Shown in pieces: positions 24,401 to 47,230 of a stretch of 64,000 bases of DNA. The first letter of the stretch is position 1. Every line of letters begins with the position of its first letter. Where the stretch lies: assembly GCA_964035545.1 (NCBI GenBank), contig OZ037765.1:17298995-17362994 (forward strand). The letters are read 5' to 3'. Origin of the DNA: Bugula neritina (lineage: Eukaryota; Animalia; Bryozoa). The notes below the pieces were generated by a model. The model was given only the letters and a program-made list of their open reading frames with translations, did no database searches and was not told the DNA's origin. The translations under genes were made by a program, and so were the position numbers.

Positions 24401-27400
24401 AATTAATGCATCATTTAAGCATAGATACTAGTAATGCAATTTTTATATTTTTACAGTATGTTTGCTGTAAATTTTTGCTAGTAAAATTCTCCTCAGTTTC
24501 TGCATATGTAGTGTAATCAACCATATTGTTTCTGAAATGTCCACGTGGTGCAGATTATTTTTTCTGTAGCCAAACCCTACTAGTTTAGTACCATGATATT
24601 TTATGTATGACTCAGGCTGGTTGGAGTTGTCGTATGCAGTGTTTGAGCACCCAATAGGCCAATGGGTGTAGTATGTTTCAATTGCATGCAGCATGGTAGC
24701 TTTTATAGCCTCTTTGGTTTTATCTCAGTATATATATACTTGTATATGTCCATCATACTTGTTTATACTGCAACATTTTTATCGAGCTCCTTTTTAACTA
24801 ACCAATTAGTTTTTCCTCTCTATGGCCAATGTATTAATCAAGTCTCGATGTATATATTTATCAAGTTTTGGTGCCAAACAAAAGCCAAGAATGATTTTAA
24901 GCATGTTGTTGGGCGGTACTGAACTAAACACATATTTAATAGCCATGTATCCTTAGCGTATTCAGCATATGATTGGTATGATATTGTATTATATAACTGT
25001 AGTGAGAGTGGTGACGACGCAGATGATGAGAAAGAGAAGCTCTCAACTCTTGAACCTCTGACTGTAGAAACTAATACTAACACTCTGGCTGTGTCAGATG
25101 ATGCTAATGATAAACATTATGTGAAAGCCTTGCGTCTCACATCTGAAGAATTAGTAAGTAAATTGTATAGCCTATAGATTGAAATGTGTGCTAAATTTTT
25201 TCTAGCCTCAAAACAAAAATGTATTGTTTTACAGATCTATGCTTTTGCCTTCTAGTTTGATTTTACAAATTTGTGGCAAGTCGCTTGTTTTAATGTATTT
25301 TATTGGTAAACATTGTGTAAAAGTGTTGAATTGTCACCGTTTTACCCTCTTCTTTTGGTCTTGTTTAGCACAAGCTCAATTTGCACGAAGGAGAAAATGA
25401 AATAGAGTTTAGCGTGACAACAGCATTTCAAGGCACAACTCGATGTGTTGCTAAAATCTACCTCTGGAAGCATACCGACAAAGTCATTATCTCTGATATT
25501 GATGGAACAATCACCAAGTAAGTAACCAGTAATTTAGTTAAATGTTATTTAATGAAAATTGCTTTGCCTATAAGAGTTAGTTCCTAAAGTGGGTTTGGGG
25601 TGACCAGACTTTCATTTCCTTATAACTTGAAAATGTTTGGTGAATTTCCTCTTCATTAGTAACCTTATACAACTCAACAAATTAGCACTATTTGCATACT
25701 TGCAATTTTAACAGCTTCACCCACTGTTGCAGGTCGGATGTGTTGGGTCAGTTACTACCCCTATTCGGCAAAGAATATGCCCACTCAGGTGTCACAGATC
25801 TCTTCACTAAGATCGCTGCCAACGGTTACAAGTTTGCATACTTGTCTGCTAGAGCTATTGGCCAAGCTCAGGTGACCAGAGACTACCTGAAGAGTGTGAG
25901 ACAGGGGAAGTCAGTTCTGCCCCCAGGTCCTATGCTACTCAATCCTAGCTCACTCATCAATGCTTTCCACAAGTATGTACAATACCTGACCATTAATCTC
26001 ACACAAGTGGGCCTGCGTTATGTTTCAGTGAGTATTCTGGTAACCGTAACCAATAATCCTTTGAGATAAACCCAAAGTGGAAGTGCTAGTCAGTGAGGTA
26101 ATATATCGCACCATTGTCCAGGTAGTTATTAGAGCGATGAGTACAGAAACTGATGGTTATTTATATGCTGATAATGCTTGTAGCGACTCAGCCATTATCA
26201 AGTATTTCGACATAAGCTGGACTAATCATATTTTTATTATGAGAAAGCATTTATCTTCTTGTAAGCCCACCTCTAGAGTTTAGCCTGTATGATAGTATCA
26301 ACACGTGAGGTCATTATTCTATTATCATTCTTTACAACATGAAGTGTCATATTAGGAATACCAAAAACATCACATGATGATTTTATTGCTCAACACTGCT
26401 GTAATTTTCCCTTTATCTCTGTAAACATTCTACTAAACAAACATTCCTATACCTAAATGCACAGTAACTAGGGCTAGTTTACACCAACTATGGAATTTAA
26501 TTTAAAGGGATCGAAATGTTTTGTAGAAGTTCTGGAATCCATTCCTAATTAACCAGAACAGCATTATGAGATTATGTTCTTGATAGTGTTGATTGTATTA
26601 TTTAAAAGAAGGGCTAGCTTAGTGCTTTAGTCTAATGGGAATCAGGATTTTACATTCAAGTGCAGTAGTGGAACAGTTTTATTAGCCTAGGTCTCTTCAT
26701 TTTCTTAATAAACGTTGATTTGGAGCCTGGGTTGAAATTCTCACAAAAACATAACTTCTTTTGCTACATTTTCAGTGTAGGCCTTTTTAAGTTTCTCCTT
26801 GTATCTACATCAGATTAAAGTAGCTGTGCATGATGCCTCTGAAGCCATAATGCAATTCACCAGTTTAAGGCTGCATTTTGATATAGCAACTTGAGGCAGT
26901 TGCAATGGCAAATTTATGTCAATGTTTATAGTTATACTTACTAGTTCTAATTGATAATCATTTTTTTAGTTTTAGTTAATTGTATTTTTCCTGTACTTAC
27001 ATGAAGTAGTTGAGTATGCTGTTGAATGAGAGGATGATATTTGATACTATATAAGTATTAGCTACCAATATTTAGGTTAGATAAGGTAACGATAATATCA
27101 ATCAAGACAGTCTATAGTATCTAATTTAAATTCACTGCCTCTGAATTATTTTTAGTATCTTATTCAACATGTCCAATATTCAATTCTTTTGAATATTACA
27201 ATTTTTATTCAAAGAATTGGAAATACTTGCAGAGAGGTGATAGAAAAGAAGCCAGAAGAGTTCAAGATTCGCTGCTTGAGGGATATCAAGTCTTTATTTT
27301 CTTCAAAAGAGGCCCTCTGTGCTGGTTTTGGTAACCGAGTAAATGTATGTACCATAACATCATTCAGTCACATATGTAATTACATGATCAGTCTGCAATG

Positions 27401-28304
27401 CACAGAGATCAAGTGTTATAATTACTATTCTGTGACTATTTTCTAGTCTAGTCTAGTCTGCTGGTGATGGTCAAAGAGAAATCTTCTTAAAAACTGATAA
27501 ATGATTATAATGTTTGTTATAGATTAAGAAAAGTATTTTCAAGGGATAAATGTTTGCTGTGTTAGTCATTAAGGCTTTACTTGGGTAAATATTGTGGACA
27601 ACAGGAAGCTGTCATAAGCAGCATAGACCAATTGGATTCTAAACTTGTGATTTGTTGGTCTGTTTGACAGGATCTCATTGCCTACAGAGCTGTTGGTATT
27701 CCTAAGTCAAGAATGTTTCTTATTGACCCAACTGGTAAAGTGAAGTCAGATTTTACAGAGACCTTTCAGACCAGGTTTGTGTGTTGCAGTATAGAACCCA
27801 GCCTGAAACATTTGTATAGTGGATTCATTTTAATTTCATAGCTGATGCATCATTACAAAGGTTGAATTATTAATCATACTGGATATTAATTTAAATTAAA
27901 TCAATTAAAACTTCAGTCAGATTATATCTGGGGAAATGTATTTTTACATAAGCATTTCAAATTTGTCAACTTCCTATAAATTATAAATGATTGAATTTTA
28001 TTATAATATCTAGTAGAGGTAACTAAATTCTTTACTTGTTCTTTATAGCAGTAACATGGAGTTTCATTATAAATTACAGAATGACCCTTGATTCAGCACA
28101 TTGTTTGACTATTTTGTCCAGAATACTGAACCCTCACTCTGTACTTGTTGCAGTTACTGCCTTCTGAGCTCTGTCACGGACCATTATTTCCCTCCTCTTC
28201 ACGAAGAAGAAGGTGAAAGCGAATTCCATGCCCCTGCTGAGTACAGTAATTTCACTTACTGGAGGGAGCCTGTTCCAGATGTACCACTCACTCTTCCAGA
28301 CTGA
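18451..28304 (+). CDS. LPIN: Lipin (phosphatidate phosphatase), 16 coding exons: 18451-18633, 19325-19423, 19608-19871, 20247-20422, 21110-21300, 21662-21800, 21972-22148, 22750-22914, 23026-23209, 23314-23399, 25003-25153, 25369-25517, 25733-25972, 27233-27344, 27671-27774, 28154-28304
   Basis: NLIP domain ([26 protein letters not shown]), WNWGELP, GIYLDD, catalytic [32 protein letters not shown]; GT-AG junctions are phase-compatible. Confidence 0.96.
23580..23621 (+). CDS. Candidate 42-nt cassette microexon of lipin ([14 protein letters not shown])
   Basis: TAG acceptor, AG/GTAAT donor, symmetric phase 2-2 matching the flanking exons, open frame. Confidence 0.55.
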
Positions 28305-30537
28305 TATCTCCATTACTACAGTCATATATGCTCCATAAACTCAGGACTTTAATATAATCCGATGCTGCAGCTACTGTTATATTCAGCAATTTGAATTATA
28401 CCTAGTTGATTTTTTTAAGTTTAATTTTTTTAGTTTCATTATTTGATTTTAAACTTGAAGCTTAATGATTTGATCATCAGCTTCCCTGTAAATGTTTGGG
28501 CATTTACACACCGTGCAGTCATTCTAGATTTATTTTTGCTGTATTAGTTACTCTATATTGATATTAGACTTGCCCTTGGCCAAGCCCTTTTGTGCTGTGT
28601 TTCAGTTAACAATTTTAGGACAGTATAGTCATTACTATTTGGCTTTACAGTTTTAATTGCAATAGTGGACTTAGGTTACTTTAAAGTTCTTTAATATTTG
28701 AATATGTTATATTGGTATTATAGCTAAAAATTGTATGCTAAAACATGATTGTCTTTTTACTCAATTAGCGTTGTATGTACTGAACAGGGACTAGCCATTG
28801 CTTATGTAGTATTCAATCAACTGCATTCAATCTTGTTTGTATGACGCAATGTCAAGTGTAACAGATGTATTCATTTATAATTCCACTTGGAGTTTTGTAT
28901 ATAAATTAGTCAGTTACATACTTATAGATTCTTTGCTTTAGTGACCTAATCTACATGCAGCAAAATTAGTTGCCCTGTTGTTTACTTTGCATTTTTGAGT
29001 ATACTGTTAGTGATGATAATCTAAATTAAAAAACACAAACTATTTTTTTATCAATTTTATTATTCTTTATGCTATCGATTTATTGATGTGGCTTTTATGG
29101 TTGTAAATATGACATCTAGTCTAAAATTAGCCATAAAAATAAATGTTATGATACACCATATCTGTTGTGTTGATTGAAATTCGTCAAGTGCTCTTTTTAT
29201 TGGCTTTATTGTTAAATCTTGAAACCATAAGTTTTGGAACTACTCTCCAGTCAACAAGTTCACTTTTGTCAACAAAAATAGCTTATACTTCAACTATGCA
29301 GTTTATAACATTGTTGTTAATATTATTATAATGTGCAAGTAGTAGAATAAATGGCCTTTGCAGTGAAATTGGCGTCCTAACTTTGACAAACATAATATTT
29401 ATCTTTTCACTGTTAGGGTAGGATAATTCCAAAATCTGCTGGGCACATATGATAATGTTTTGGCTGTGAAATATTGTTGCTGAGTAATTTTATAATAGCG
29501 CCATGCGTCTGTAAAATAAACTATCACTGGTTGCCACTGCCCAATAAAAGCGTTGACTGTATGCCAACGTAAGAACAGCGATTGCCATTAAATTAGTTAT
29601 ATCAGAGACTTTTGGAAATTCGATCATGATTGCACGATTGTCAAAATATTTATACTATAAATGCATAATAATAATAATAATATATTCATTATTTTATAAT
29701 GATAAGAATGAATATTAAAGCACGTTGCAAGCAACTTTTGTTGTTTACTGAAATATTAAAGATGAATAATTAAATGCTAAAACTAAGTCTAATTAGAGTA
29801 ATTACTGTTAGAACTTTGCGGTTGCCTACTTGGCCTAAGCATTCTGCATTGCCATGTCCATTGCTCATACTCATAAACATTCACATTCACATTGGCATCA
29901 GTTTTGGATTAAGTTTAACTCAATGATTAAGGTTTAATTTTAAAACGACTAGCATGAGCATCACCAAAGCATGTCAACACCTTTGAAGTTTGAATAGCTT
30001 TGAGTACTTTTACTTAGGAGATATCGAACACTTGGGCACACTTATGACTATATTTATAGGAGTGCCTCATAGTCATAATGATAATGAATACCAATATGAT
30101 CATCATGATGAGTTCAAACTTTAATCATAATGATAATGTCAGCTTAAAGTTTAAGTTCTACTCCATAACTTAGAGTTTCAGTTACTGTTAGTGTTACACC
30201 ATTAAATTAAACATCCAATTAATCATTATTGTTTTACACTTATAGTTATACTTTTGTAGTTAGACTTAGTAGTGATTCAAATTGTTACTGGCTACAGCTC
30301 TTGCATAGTGTTCTAGTTTTAACAGTAGTAATTTTTACCTAATTTTATGTTGATTTGCATTTTAATTTTGTTTTTAGCTACAAAGATGAAAATTTATGGT
30401 CACCCACACTGACAATCACAATGTTGTATATCAATACCATAGTGATAGTAATACTCATACTGACTGATAGTTTAATTTTAAGTTATAGATTTAATAATTA
30501 TGCTGTTAATGTTATACTTATACTTATAGTTATAGTT

Positions 30538-31031
30538 GGGTGCAGGTCATTTTGTACACAAGTCGCTTCATACCCACTTTTTCAGGTCGTTTCGTACACA
30601 TCTGATAGGTCATTTTGTACAGATCTGATAGGTCAATTCGCACACACCAATATAAGTTGACTAAAATACATATTTTTTGATATTTATTTCTTATTTGATG
30701 TATGAGACATACAGCACTGCTTACAAGTAACTTGCACATTTTATATTGCCGCATGCTTATTTATTATTGTAATATGTAGATATTGGCGGAACTGCTCTTT
30801 TGGTTTAGATGGCAGATGGCAGCACATATTTAATAAATATATTTTTAATGCCTCGAAAGCATGCTGGGAGAGAGAGCGGGGATGCGATAAATAAGTAAAC
30901 TAGTATCATTCGAGTGATTATCCAGTGGATTAATTTATTATTTCATTTTTGTGTATGACATGGGTAGCAGTTTGTGTGCAAAACCACCATTTTGTATACG
31001 AAGCGACTTTTGTATGAAATGATAGTAATCC
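30538..31031. mobile_element. Degenerate MITE-like element
   Basis: Imperfect terminal inverted repeats (tcattttgtacacaagtcgcttcatac versus gtatacgaagcgacttttgtatgaaatga) with subterminal repeats of the same motif. Confidence 0.55.
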
Positions 31032-33859
31032 TTATAGTTATACTCCAAGTGAGTGCTAATACTTAAAGTTAATAATAATAATAATATTTAATATTGTATT
31101 TATATTATTATCGCTATTAGATTCAGTACCAATATTTATATAGTACTAATGAAATTGTACATCAACGTATTTTGTTTTCATTGACTTTGAATTTATAAAC
31201 TGATACTCCCATTCATGATTCACAGACTTAGACTTAAAGCCATACTCATAGGCAACCCTATTAGTATCACCATTGCTGCAATGAAGATAGGTTTTTAGAT
31301 CACATAATTACATTTTATGATGATAGTATTAGTTAATATTAAATAACTATTGTTATGGCCATAGACACAGTGTTAATTGGAATTATTATTATCATCATGT
31401 AGGCCTATAATCTATATGGATGTGGCCACTTTGACTGTTTGTCAGAGTGGCACTGTAACTGTAATCAAACTTGCATTTGGTAATATTAAATTCTGCAAGT
31501 TAATAAGTTAAATTGGAAATATTAGATTAAGATTTATTATAAAATTTAAACTGCCTTACTGGCAGTAAAAATACAACTAAATCACAATTACTAAATGCAG
31601 TAAATATAATCAAAGTGTCACTAAGACTTGACAGTAGCTGAGTGAGATTAGTCCTTATGATTATAAGTCAACTAGCATTGACAATGAAAAAAAGTGAAAG
31701 TGTTGTGAAAAATAATGTTATTTTGCTTATTAAAAATTCAATCAACAATTACTCGAACATTCAATCAAGTTTGTATTATTTGTTCATGTGTTTTGTAATT
31801 ATTATTGTGAGTGTGGGTAAGATTTTGGCTCAAATTTTTTATGCCATTTATTGGTACCAAAACATTCCGATTGTCACAAAATCCATGATAATTCACTGTA
31901 GTTATCGAGAGCAAAAGTTATAGATGACTAATATAAACGTTACTTGTCAGTGATAAAATAGTAGTTTGATTAAAAATAAATGTTCTCCATTATTTAGAAT
32001 TTAAGTAATTATAATATTTATTTATAACAAATGTATAACAGTAATTGGTTACAATATCAATACAAGTATATTCAAGTTTATAGTACTAAATTGAAAATAC
32101 TTTTACATATACTTAATAAGTCACTAGTTTGAAATTCACCCCATCGAAGACTCTGTTCCAAAGTTCTTTTTTAAATATATCAAAAATTGTAAAAATTGTT
32201 TAAAAGTGAACAATCAAAATTATGTTAATGTGTTGCTTTTGTCAAGTTTTAATGAAGGTTTTGCTCTTAGTGGCTTTAATTCTGAAATCCCTTTTTATTC
32301 TTCCCATTGTCCTTTTTCACAAACCTCTTTTTATTTCTGATAAGTCCTGCTCTGTATTATCTTTAGCTTTACGTAATTTTCTTCTTGGGCTTTTTCTCTG
32401 ATTCAACTCACATGTTTCTATCGTTTCATAAGTTAAAGTTATATTCGTTCCTCCTGACATCTGTAAGATAATGTAGTATAGGGTATGTCATGGTCATTTT
32501 AGCAACTTAGAGATAGTTTTTCAGATGTTACTCTTCCATTTGCATATATGCAATTGCTTTTGAATGCGTAGTGTATTATTGAGTAATCACTTATAAGTGT
32601 TGACCATAATACTGTCTTCAAATTTTCCCCTCTCCTACAACGTGTGATTTAGCCTCTAACCCCAGCCATTGAACTACAATTACTGAGGAATTAAAAGTAT
32701 CGGCTTGTATAACTCAAAAGAATTTTCAACAATTATAAATAATTGTAAAGGTTGCAGCTGGGAAGAATTTTTATCCATGATAGCAAGTTTATTTTACAGT
32801 AACTTTGACATTTTTATGTAATGTTGAGGTATTATTATCTTTGCGGTCAAGATTGTATGAGAACGACTGCTTTTTTGAGGTTGAAAATCTGGATTTTCTT
32901 TGAGCAAGAAGAAATTTCTCTGGCCAATCAAATTCATTCCTTACTTTTTATCCAATAACGAATAAGAAACAGTAGTTTTGCTATCATTAGTTATCTTTAG
33001 TAGGTGCACAAAACAATGAGTAAAGTGCACATCAAATCCAGTACTGCTAGTGAACACCTAGCACAATCATATGATTTATAATATTTGGTCGGTGTTTGGT
33101 TACAATGATGATGATCTACATATTATTAAATTTTACACTATAGAAAAAATTTACATTAAAAAAAGAATAAATTCCCATAAATATAAAAATACAACGAAAA
33201 ACAAGTAAAAATGTAATTAGTTTTATTATTTTATACTCTACGTTTTACATTCATTCTAATTTGCAATAATTAAATTTATTTATAATCCTAGTTCCTACCA
33301 AAGATTTTAATTGTTATAACATGTTTTTGCCATTTTATATTGTTTTCCTGAATGAATAATATTAAATTATGTTTTGCTTGTTGCAAATCATTTCAAATTC
33401 TGAACCAGAAAATAAATGCTCCAGCTCTAATATTTACTTTTTGTACAAAATTCTTAGTACAGATATTTATGTTTTATATTGGCACCTAATAAAGTTGATC
33501 AGTTCACATTATATAATACAGAGAGAAGGCAATTCCAAGGTTATGTTGTAATGCTGAAAACAACTTTTGGCCTGTCCACATAATAAAAATTTGTCTGTCA
33601 AAACTGACTGTCACAAAGACAAATGGTGATAAAAAGTATGTCCGAAACTGCAACATCTTAACATAAATATCTTTTGTCCGCGAAAATTTAATAGGACTAA
33701 CAAAATGTATTGCCTATCATTTGCTACCTTAGGTTTACAGGGAGGTCTGCAAAGACATGTATAAACTCCTTAGTCAATCAGAAAAAATATCAGATTATTC
33801 AAATGTTTGTTAACATTGTTTTGATGTTTTCAAATTTTTAGGTAATCGTTAAGAAGAAA

Positions 33860-41328
<7,469 letters not shown>

Positions 41329-44300
41329 GCACCATCAGCTGTTTCCTGCCATCATACTCTATTGTAAATTATCTTGCTATATTATTCTTATGCTCTAGTC
41401 AGCAAAATATCATTTCAAATAGTTCTGGCTGATTTATGAATTTTGCTGAATGCACTTTTTTGTTTTGAAATTTTCCTCTCAGCCATTACTTAATTTTATT
41501 GATATGTATTTTAGTGCCCATTTTTGGCCATAGTAGTCAAGCAGATGAACATTACAATAAATTTATATTTTTGTATACATTGTTACTAGACTTTAATGCA
41601 GTCCTTCCAACCATCTAGGCTTACCTTTGAATGATACATGCATCTTATATACTATGTTTATAACTCAGTAATAATTTCGTTCGTTGGCTGGTTAACATTG
41701 CTCTTCTGGTTGGCCGTGTAATAGTATTATGATATGATGGTCTTTAATATGTTATGTGGTACTTCCTTTATTGACTTGATCTAATATTGTTCATGAGAAA
41801 AATATATGATTATATAAAATATGCATATTATTATAAAAATTAAAAAATATGGTAAAAGTGCAAACTTACACCTGTTAGGGCATTCATTGATTGCATGTTA
41901 GCTCTGTTGTCAAGTTTTAGGGTCTTTTTACGCACAGAAATTAAATAGAATTTAGTGCAATTAGCAACTTGAGTATTTCTGTAAAACCAAGGTAAATGAG
42001 TAAACAATGCAGTTAAACAGAATATACCTAGACAAACCACATAATACCAGCATGTATGCCTTAGTGGAAGAGCTAAACCCTTTAGAATTCTACTTGATGG
42101 TAAAGGACCACTACTTATCATGTGTACCTCCAGGTGAAAATTTGGATATTTTTCTGTATAATGATGCTTTGACAAGTTGTCTCTAATGTCACCTTTACAA
42201 GCTGCAAAAAGTGTACATTTTTTATTTCAGTACAATTTCCTATAAAATCTTTGCTGCTCATAAAGCAGAATAGGTACCAGTAATTGCTATCCAATTGCAA
42301 AATGTAAAGCTATTTTATTTCCAGGTTTTTCTAAGTATTATATCTACTACTTGTGTACGCCTGTTTACTAGTATGGGATAGTTGAAATATAGTAGCAGTT
42401 TGTAGTGTGCTAGAATCAATCTTCAGTTGCAGCAATCTACCCATTTTACAAAGTGTGAAACATAAATAATTCACCTTCATCTACGTAATTATTTGATCAC
42501 AAATAGCAAATAATTTCAATTTCAAGTTTATTCAATTGAAGTACACATTAGAAGAGCTAATTTATTTAAAAACTTGTATAACTTTACAAATAAGTGTAAG
42601 TATCTGTACATAATAAATACCTTCTTTCTCAGTTTTGATTGGACGACATGTTTAAACCGATTCATTCACATAGCCACTTCTATAAGCTCTCACCAATCCA
42701 AATGCAGAGCTCTACCCAGACACCCACCAAGGGTTGATGGTATTTATTTATGTGGACATAAATGACTCAATGATGTGCAGACACTGTGCACAGATGATCT
42801 TATACACACTCTGTGCACAACGCCTACGCAACACTTTACATTACCACAAGTGTGCGTGTATATGCTTTAATTTCATTTCAAAAATCTAGTAAAAATGACT
42901 ACATAGCACCCTGTTGACCAGCAGGTAATCCACATCAACGCTCAACTTCTCTCTTGCCTCACTCCTAGATCTCAAGAAGCCAGAGCCTCTGATTCGAAAT
43001 AGTTGCAAAATATTTGATGCTACTAATCACTCTCATTGACTAACTAGTATATCTAATTCAATCGCTCCAGAACACTGATGCTATTTGCTGCAGGAATACT
43101 CTCTTATATACTGCTCTCTTAAACTCGGTTTCTATGCATATATGAATGAACAAATCCATTTTGTATTCATGTACAAATTCAGTGCAGGGGTCTTCTTTTG
43201 TGTCTGTAAGTATTCTGTAATCCTTGCTACATAAAACTATATTCAAGGTGTCTAGTATTAGCTGTTGATAGTGACTGGTGCTCTAGCAACCTAACAAAAC
43301 TTACAATACTGTTGCTACTCTATTAAACTCATATAATTGTGTATAAATCCTTGTGAATAAAAGTTGTGAAGTTGCACACAATTAGTTGCGTTGGCATACA
43401 TGGTTATTTAAAGTTACTGTAATGCACTGATGGTGGCCCAATATCTCCATTAATTTTGCTGATAGGCTACCAATGATTGTATGATGTGGAAAAAATATTG
43501 CTGCACGTCCAAAAGTATTTCACCATGTAAATAATTGACAATTTAATATAAAAAATTGAGCAGAAGCAAAGCAACTTTTAGCACATGCAATGTACATATA
43601 AATGCACATGGAAAGTATGCAAATATTCATCTAATTTTTTTATTAAGGTATTTATATATTGCACAGACAGAATATATAAATGAATTAAACTATATTGTTT
43701 ATATTTGATTTCGCAAACCTCTTGTGTGATATATAGTGAATAGACATTCTAGGCCATGTGAAATGGTATGCAATTATAGTCATTTGTTGGAAACTTGTAT
43801 CAACATGCTAGACATATGCACATGCTATTGACATTCGTAAGTGCATGCTGGCTATTGCTTAGAATCAACTACTGAGTGTTTTTTCTTCATATCAAGTTTT
43901 TGTGCAAATGGTGAGCAACATTGAAGAGCCATGCAGCTGTAAATTAGCATTTCTAAGGTTATGTACTTCCAATGCTGAATCAAAACTTTGACCAGAGGCT
44001 TTTCATTACAGAGGTGCATGTATTTTGATAGTATATACTATATATTATATACTTTGTAAGTGGCAGGAAATTCTGTAAGCGTGTGAATTTATTCACTGAA
44101 ATATTTCAAATTTATCGTCATACATTAAAAGTAGTCATCAGTTATAAAAACCACTTGTGAATAAGGGAGCTGGTCGCCAGACCAGGCTTAGCTTGACATT
44201 CACTTTGTATTAAATCTTGCATGTAGCACTTCTGTGACAAAAGGCTGGGAACACTGTATTTCTGTTGTTCAGGTACATAGGCTACCTGTTGTTACCTTTC

Positions 44301-44939
44301 AGCAACTCAGTTTATCATTGATTGACATTTCACTGTTTGAAACTAGCATACTTCAAAAGTTGATTCAGTTATTTAAATATTATACTTGCTATGGCATGAC
44401 AAAATAATACACCAGACACTAATGGATACAAAGATTCTTTGTACAAATATATACAACTGCAGTGTGTTCAACTAGCATTATCATATGGACACAAAGCTTG
44501 GCAGCTAGCACAAGTAAAACATTATTAAACTTGGTTCACAATCAAAAATAGGTACCAGAAATGTAGAAGTAGAGCTACAAAATGCAAACTATGTGTTGTC
44601 TTTTTGAATGCGAAAAAAGCTAAAAATTTAAAAATATACACAGTATAACTCCAATGAGAAAATCTAGTCACAAAATAAGTAAAAGATCCACTTAAGGCAT
44701 ACATTTTTAAAAAAAAAATACCCAAATACATGTACATTGACTGTAATATAATTAGTAAACATAAAATTCACGGCAGATTGAAAAAAAACACAAAATGCTG
44801 CAAAAAAGGTTCAATAATTATTTACAATGGGGAAGAAATAATGCAAGCACAAGCAATTTTGACCGTATAAGTATTACATTCAACGTAACTTGATAAGACT
44901 CATTCAGAATATGCAGTGAGGAATTTTTTACAGAGGTGG

Positions 44940-47159
44940 TTAATGGGAGTTGAGCAATGATCGAGGAGATGGAAGAGATATGGTCAGACAGTCCTCAGCC
45001 TCCTCCCCATCATTAGCATTGTTGGTAGCTTCGTTGGTGGCTTCTGAACAGGTGGCTGCTATCTGATTGGATGGGGCTGCCTGCTCACTCGTTCGTAAAA
45101 ACGCATCAACAAGCAATGATTTTGAATCTTTGCTTTCCTCTAGAGACTTTTCACATGGCCTGTCTTCTTTAGCTTCAACAATTGACTGATTGGGTTGACC
45201 AATGCTGGACAGATTCTCACCACCCACGCTATTTGCTTCATCCTCATCTTGATCAGAATCATCCTGGAACTGGGCATTCAAAACAGCATCCTGCTTAGCT
45301 TCATTAATGGCCTTAATATAACTCTTAGATTTCTTTTTCTTGTCAAATCTACAGCATAAGGACCAATAATCTAGGATTATAGACAAATACAACAGTCAGA
45401 ATCTTCTGCTCAACTGCTTTGTTACGACATAAGTTGTGCAACAAGAAAAGAGTAATGCTTATTATTCACTCAACCAAACAGCTTCACTTGTCATAACTTG
45501 ATTACAAAGATCCTAGGAGAAAAAGTAGGGCTGAGTGAAATAATGAGTTGTTCTCTCATGTTTTTTATTTTTATAGGAGCAGTGAATAGCTGTCAATTTT
45601 CCTAAAACCTGTCATATGATAATAAAAACATAAAGCCGTTTCCTAAGAGCAACACAATGTTTACCTTTTAGAGAATTCTTCAATAAATGGGTAGATAAGA
45701 GAGCAAGATAAATGTGACTTTGTAGGTGATGAATACCAGTCAATATCTGCAGTGTGACCCAGGATCATGCCGTCTACAGTCTCATCCACTGTGATTGTAC
45801 ACACCCTACCAGGCCACCATGGGAATCCTATTATTTTGCCCCAGATTACATCACCAACACAGATACGTTTACCACTTGAGCTTTCATATTTTGATACCAA
45901 TCGTGATTTCACTTCAGATGTTACACTGGCAGATTTATCAAGAGTTGGTTGGGATTTGCTAGATACTGTAGTAGAATTTTTTGCTATCTTAGGAGTAATC
46001 TTCTGTCGCCTCAAACGAGCCTTAGTTTTGGTTATTGGCAATACCGGATCAGCATTGATATCTGATGTGGCTGAAGGCGGACTGTCTAAACCTAATACTG
46101 TGTTTGTTGCTAAAGTTGAAGGAGTCAATTTTCGTCTGCGCTTTGTAACGGGTTCACCGGGAATATCTATGACTAGGTCGTTGCATTCAGAGTCATCATC
46201 ATTCGTATCAGCTAAGTTTTGCAGTTGAGTGGGATGAAGCTTTGCCAACACTTGAGGTCCTACAGCAATATCTGGTGATTGGTTAGGTTCCATCACAGAC
46301 TTAGCCAATGACGAGTGCTCCATATTTCCAAAATCTGGTTCTCTATTACTACTGTCTTTCAATCTTTTTGAATGCTTTTTACTTTTATGTTTTCTTTTGT
46401 GAGAAGATTTCTTATATTTCTTAGGCTCTATTTCCATAACACTATGCCCATTTGGAGCTTTGAAAGAGATCTTGATGGGTGGTGTTGTTAGGTTAGCACC
46501 AGATTCTCTGTCACTATGCTCATCAGAATCTATGCAATGAGTTTTGCACATGGAACACAAAAAAAATTTAGGCTTGCTAATTCTTTGTCTTAACCTACGG
46601 TTGTCATGAAGCCGTCGTATTGAAGAAGTTATGCTGCGACTAGGTGCAACACTGCTGTAACTGTCTTGATCTCCCTCGGACAAGTAAGTCTGCCTAAATA
46701 CAACAAAAACAGATCAGATTAAATTACCAAATTTCAAGCAACACAACCCTGTACATGAAACTTCATAGACAACACCAAAATAAATGTTTTATCTTTGATG
46801 ATGAGATAATCCCGTTACCTAAATTGACATGCTGACGTAGATATCTCAGCCTCAGGAATCTCAGTGTCATCTGTATTAACAGTTACAATGGAATGTTTTT
46901 CATCATCTTTTGACGACTTCGGCTTGGGTAGAGTCACAACTGAAGGACAAAGGCTAAAAAATAAAGAATTTAATTTTGAAATAATTTTTGCCAACGTCAC
47001 ATATAATCATTTCTGGGGCTCTAGACGTGAATTAACATTGCTAACTTTGGGTGCTTACACAGGGCTAATAAATCCAACAAATAACACATTGAATTTAAAT
47101 TTAATGTCATATTACATTTGCAGAAATGTATTGACTGCAATTTCATTACAACTACAGGG

Positions 47160-47230
<71 letters not shown>

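Noticed and set aside
32240-32460. Lys/Arg-rich minus-strand reading after an AG acceptor
   Set aside because: Interrupted by stops and has no recognisable motif
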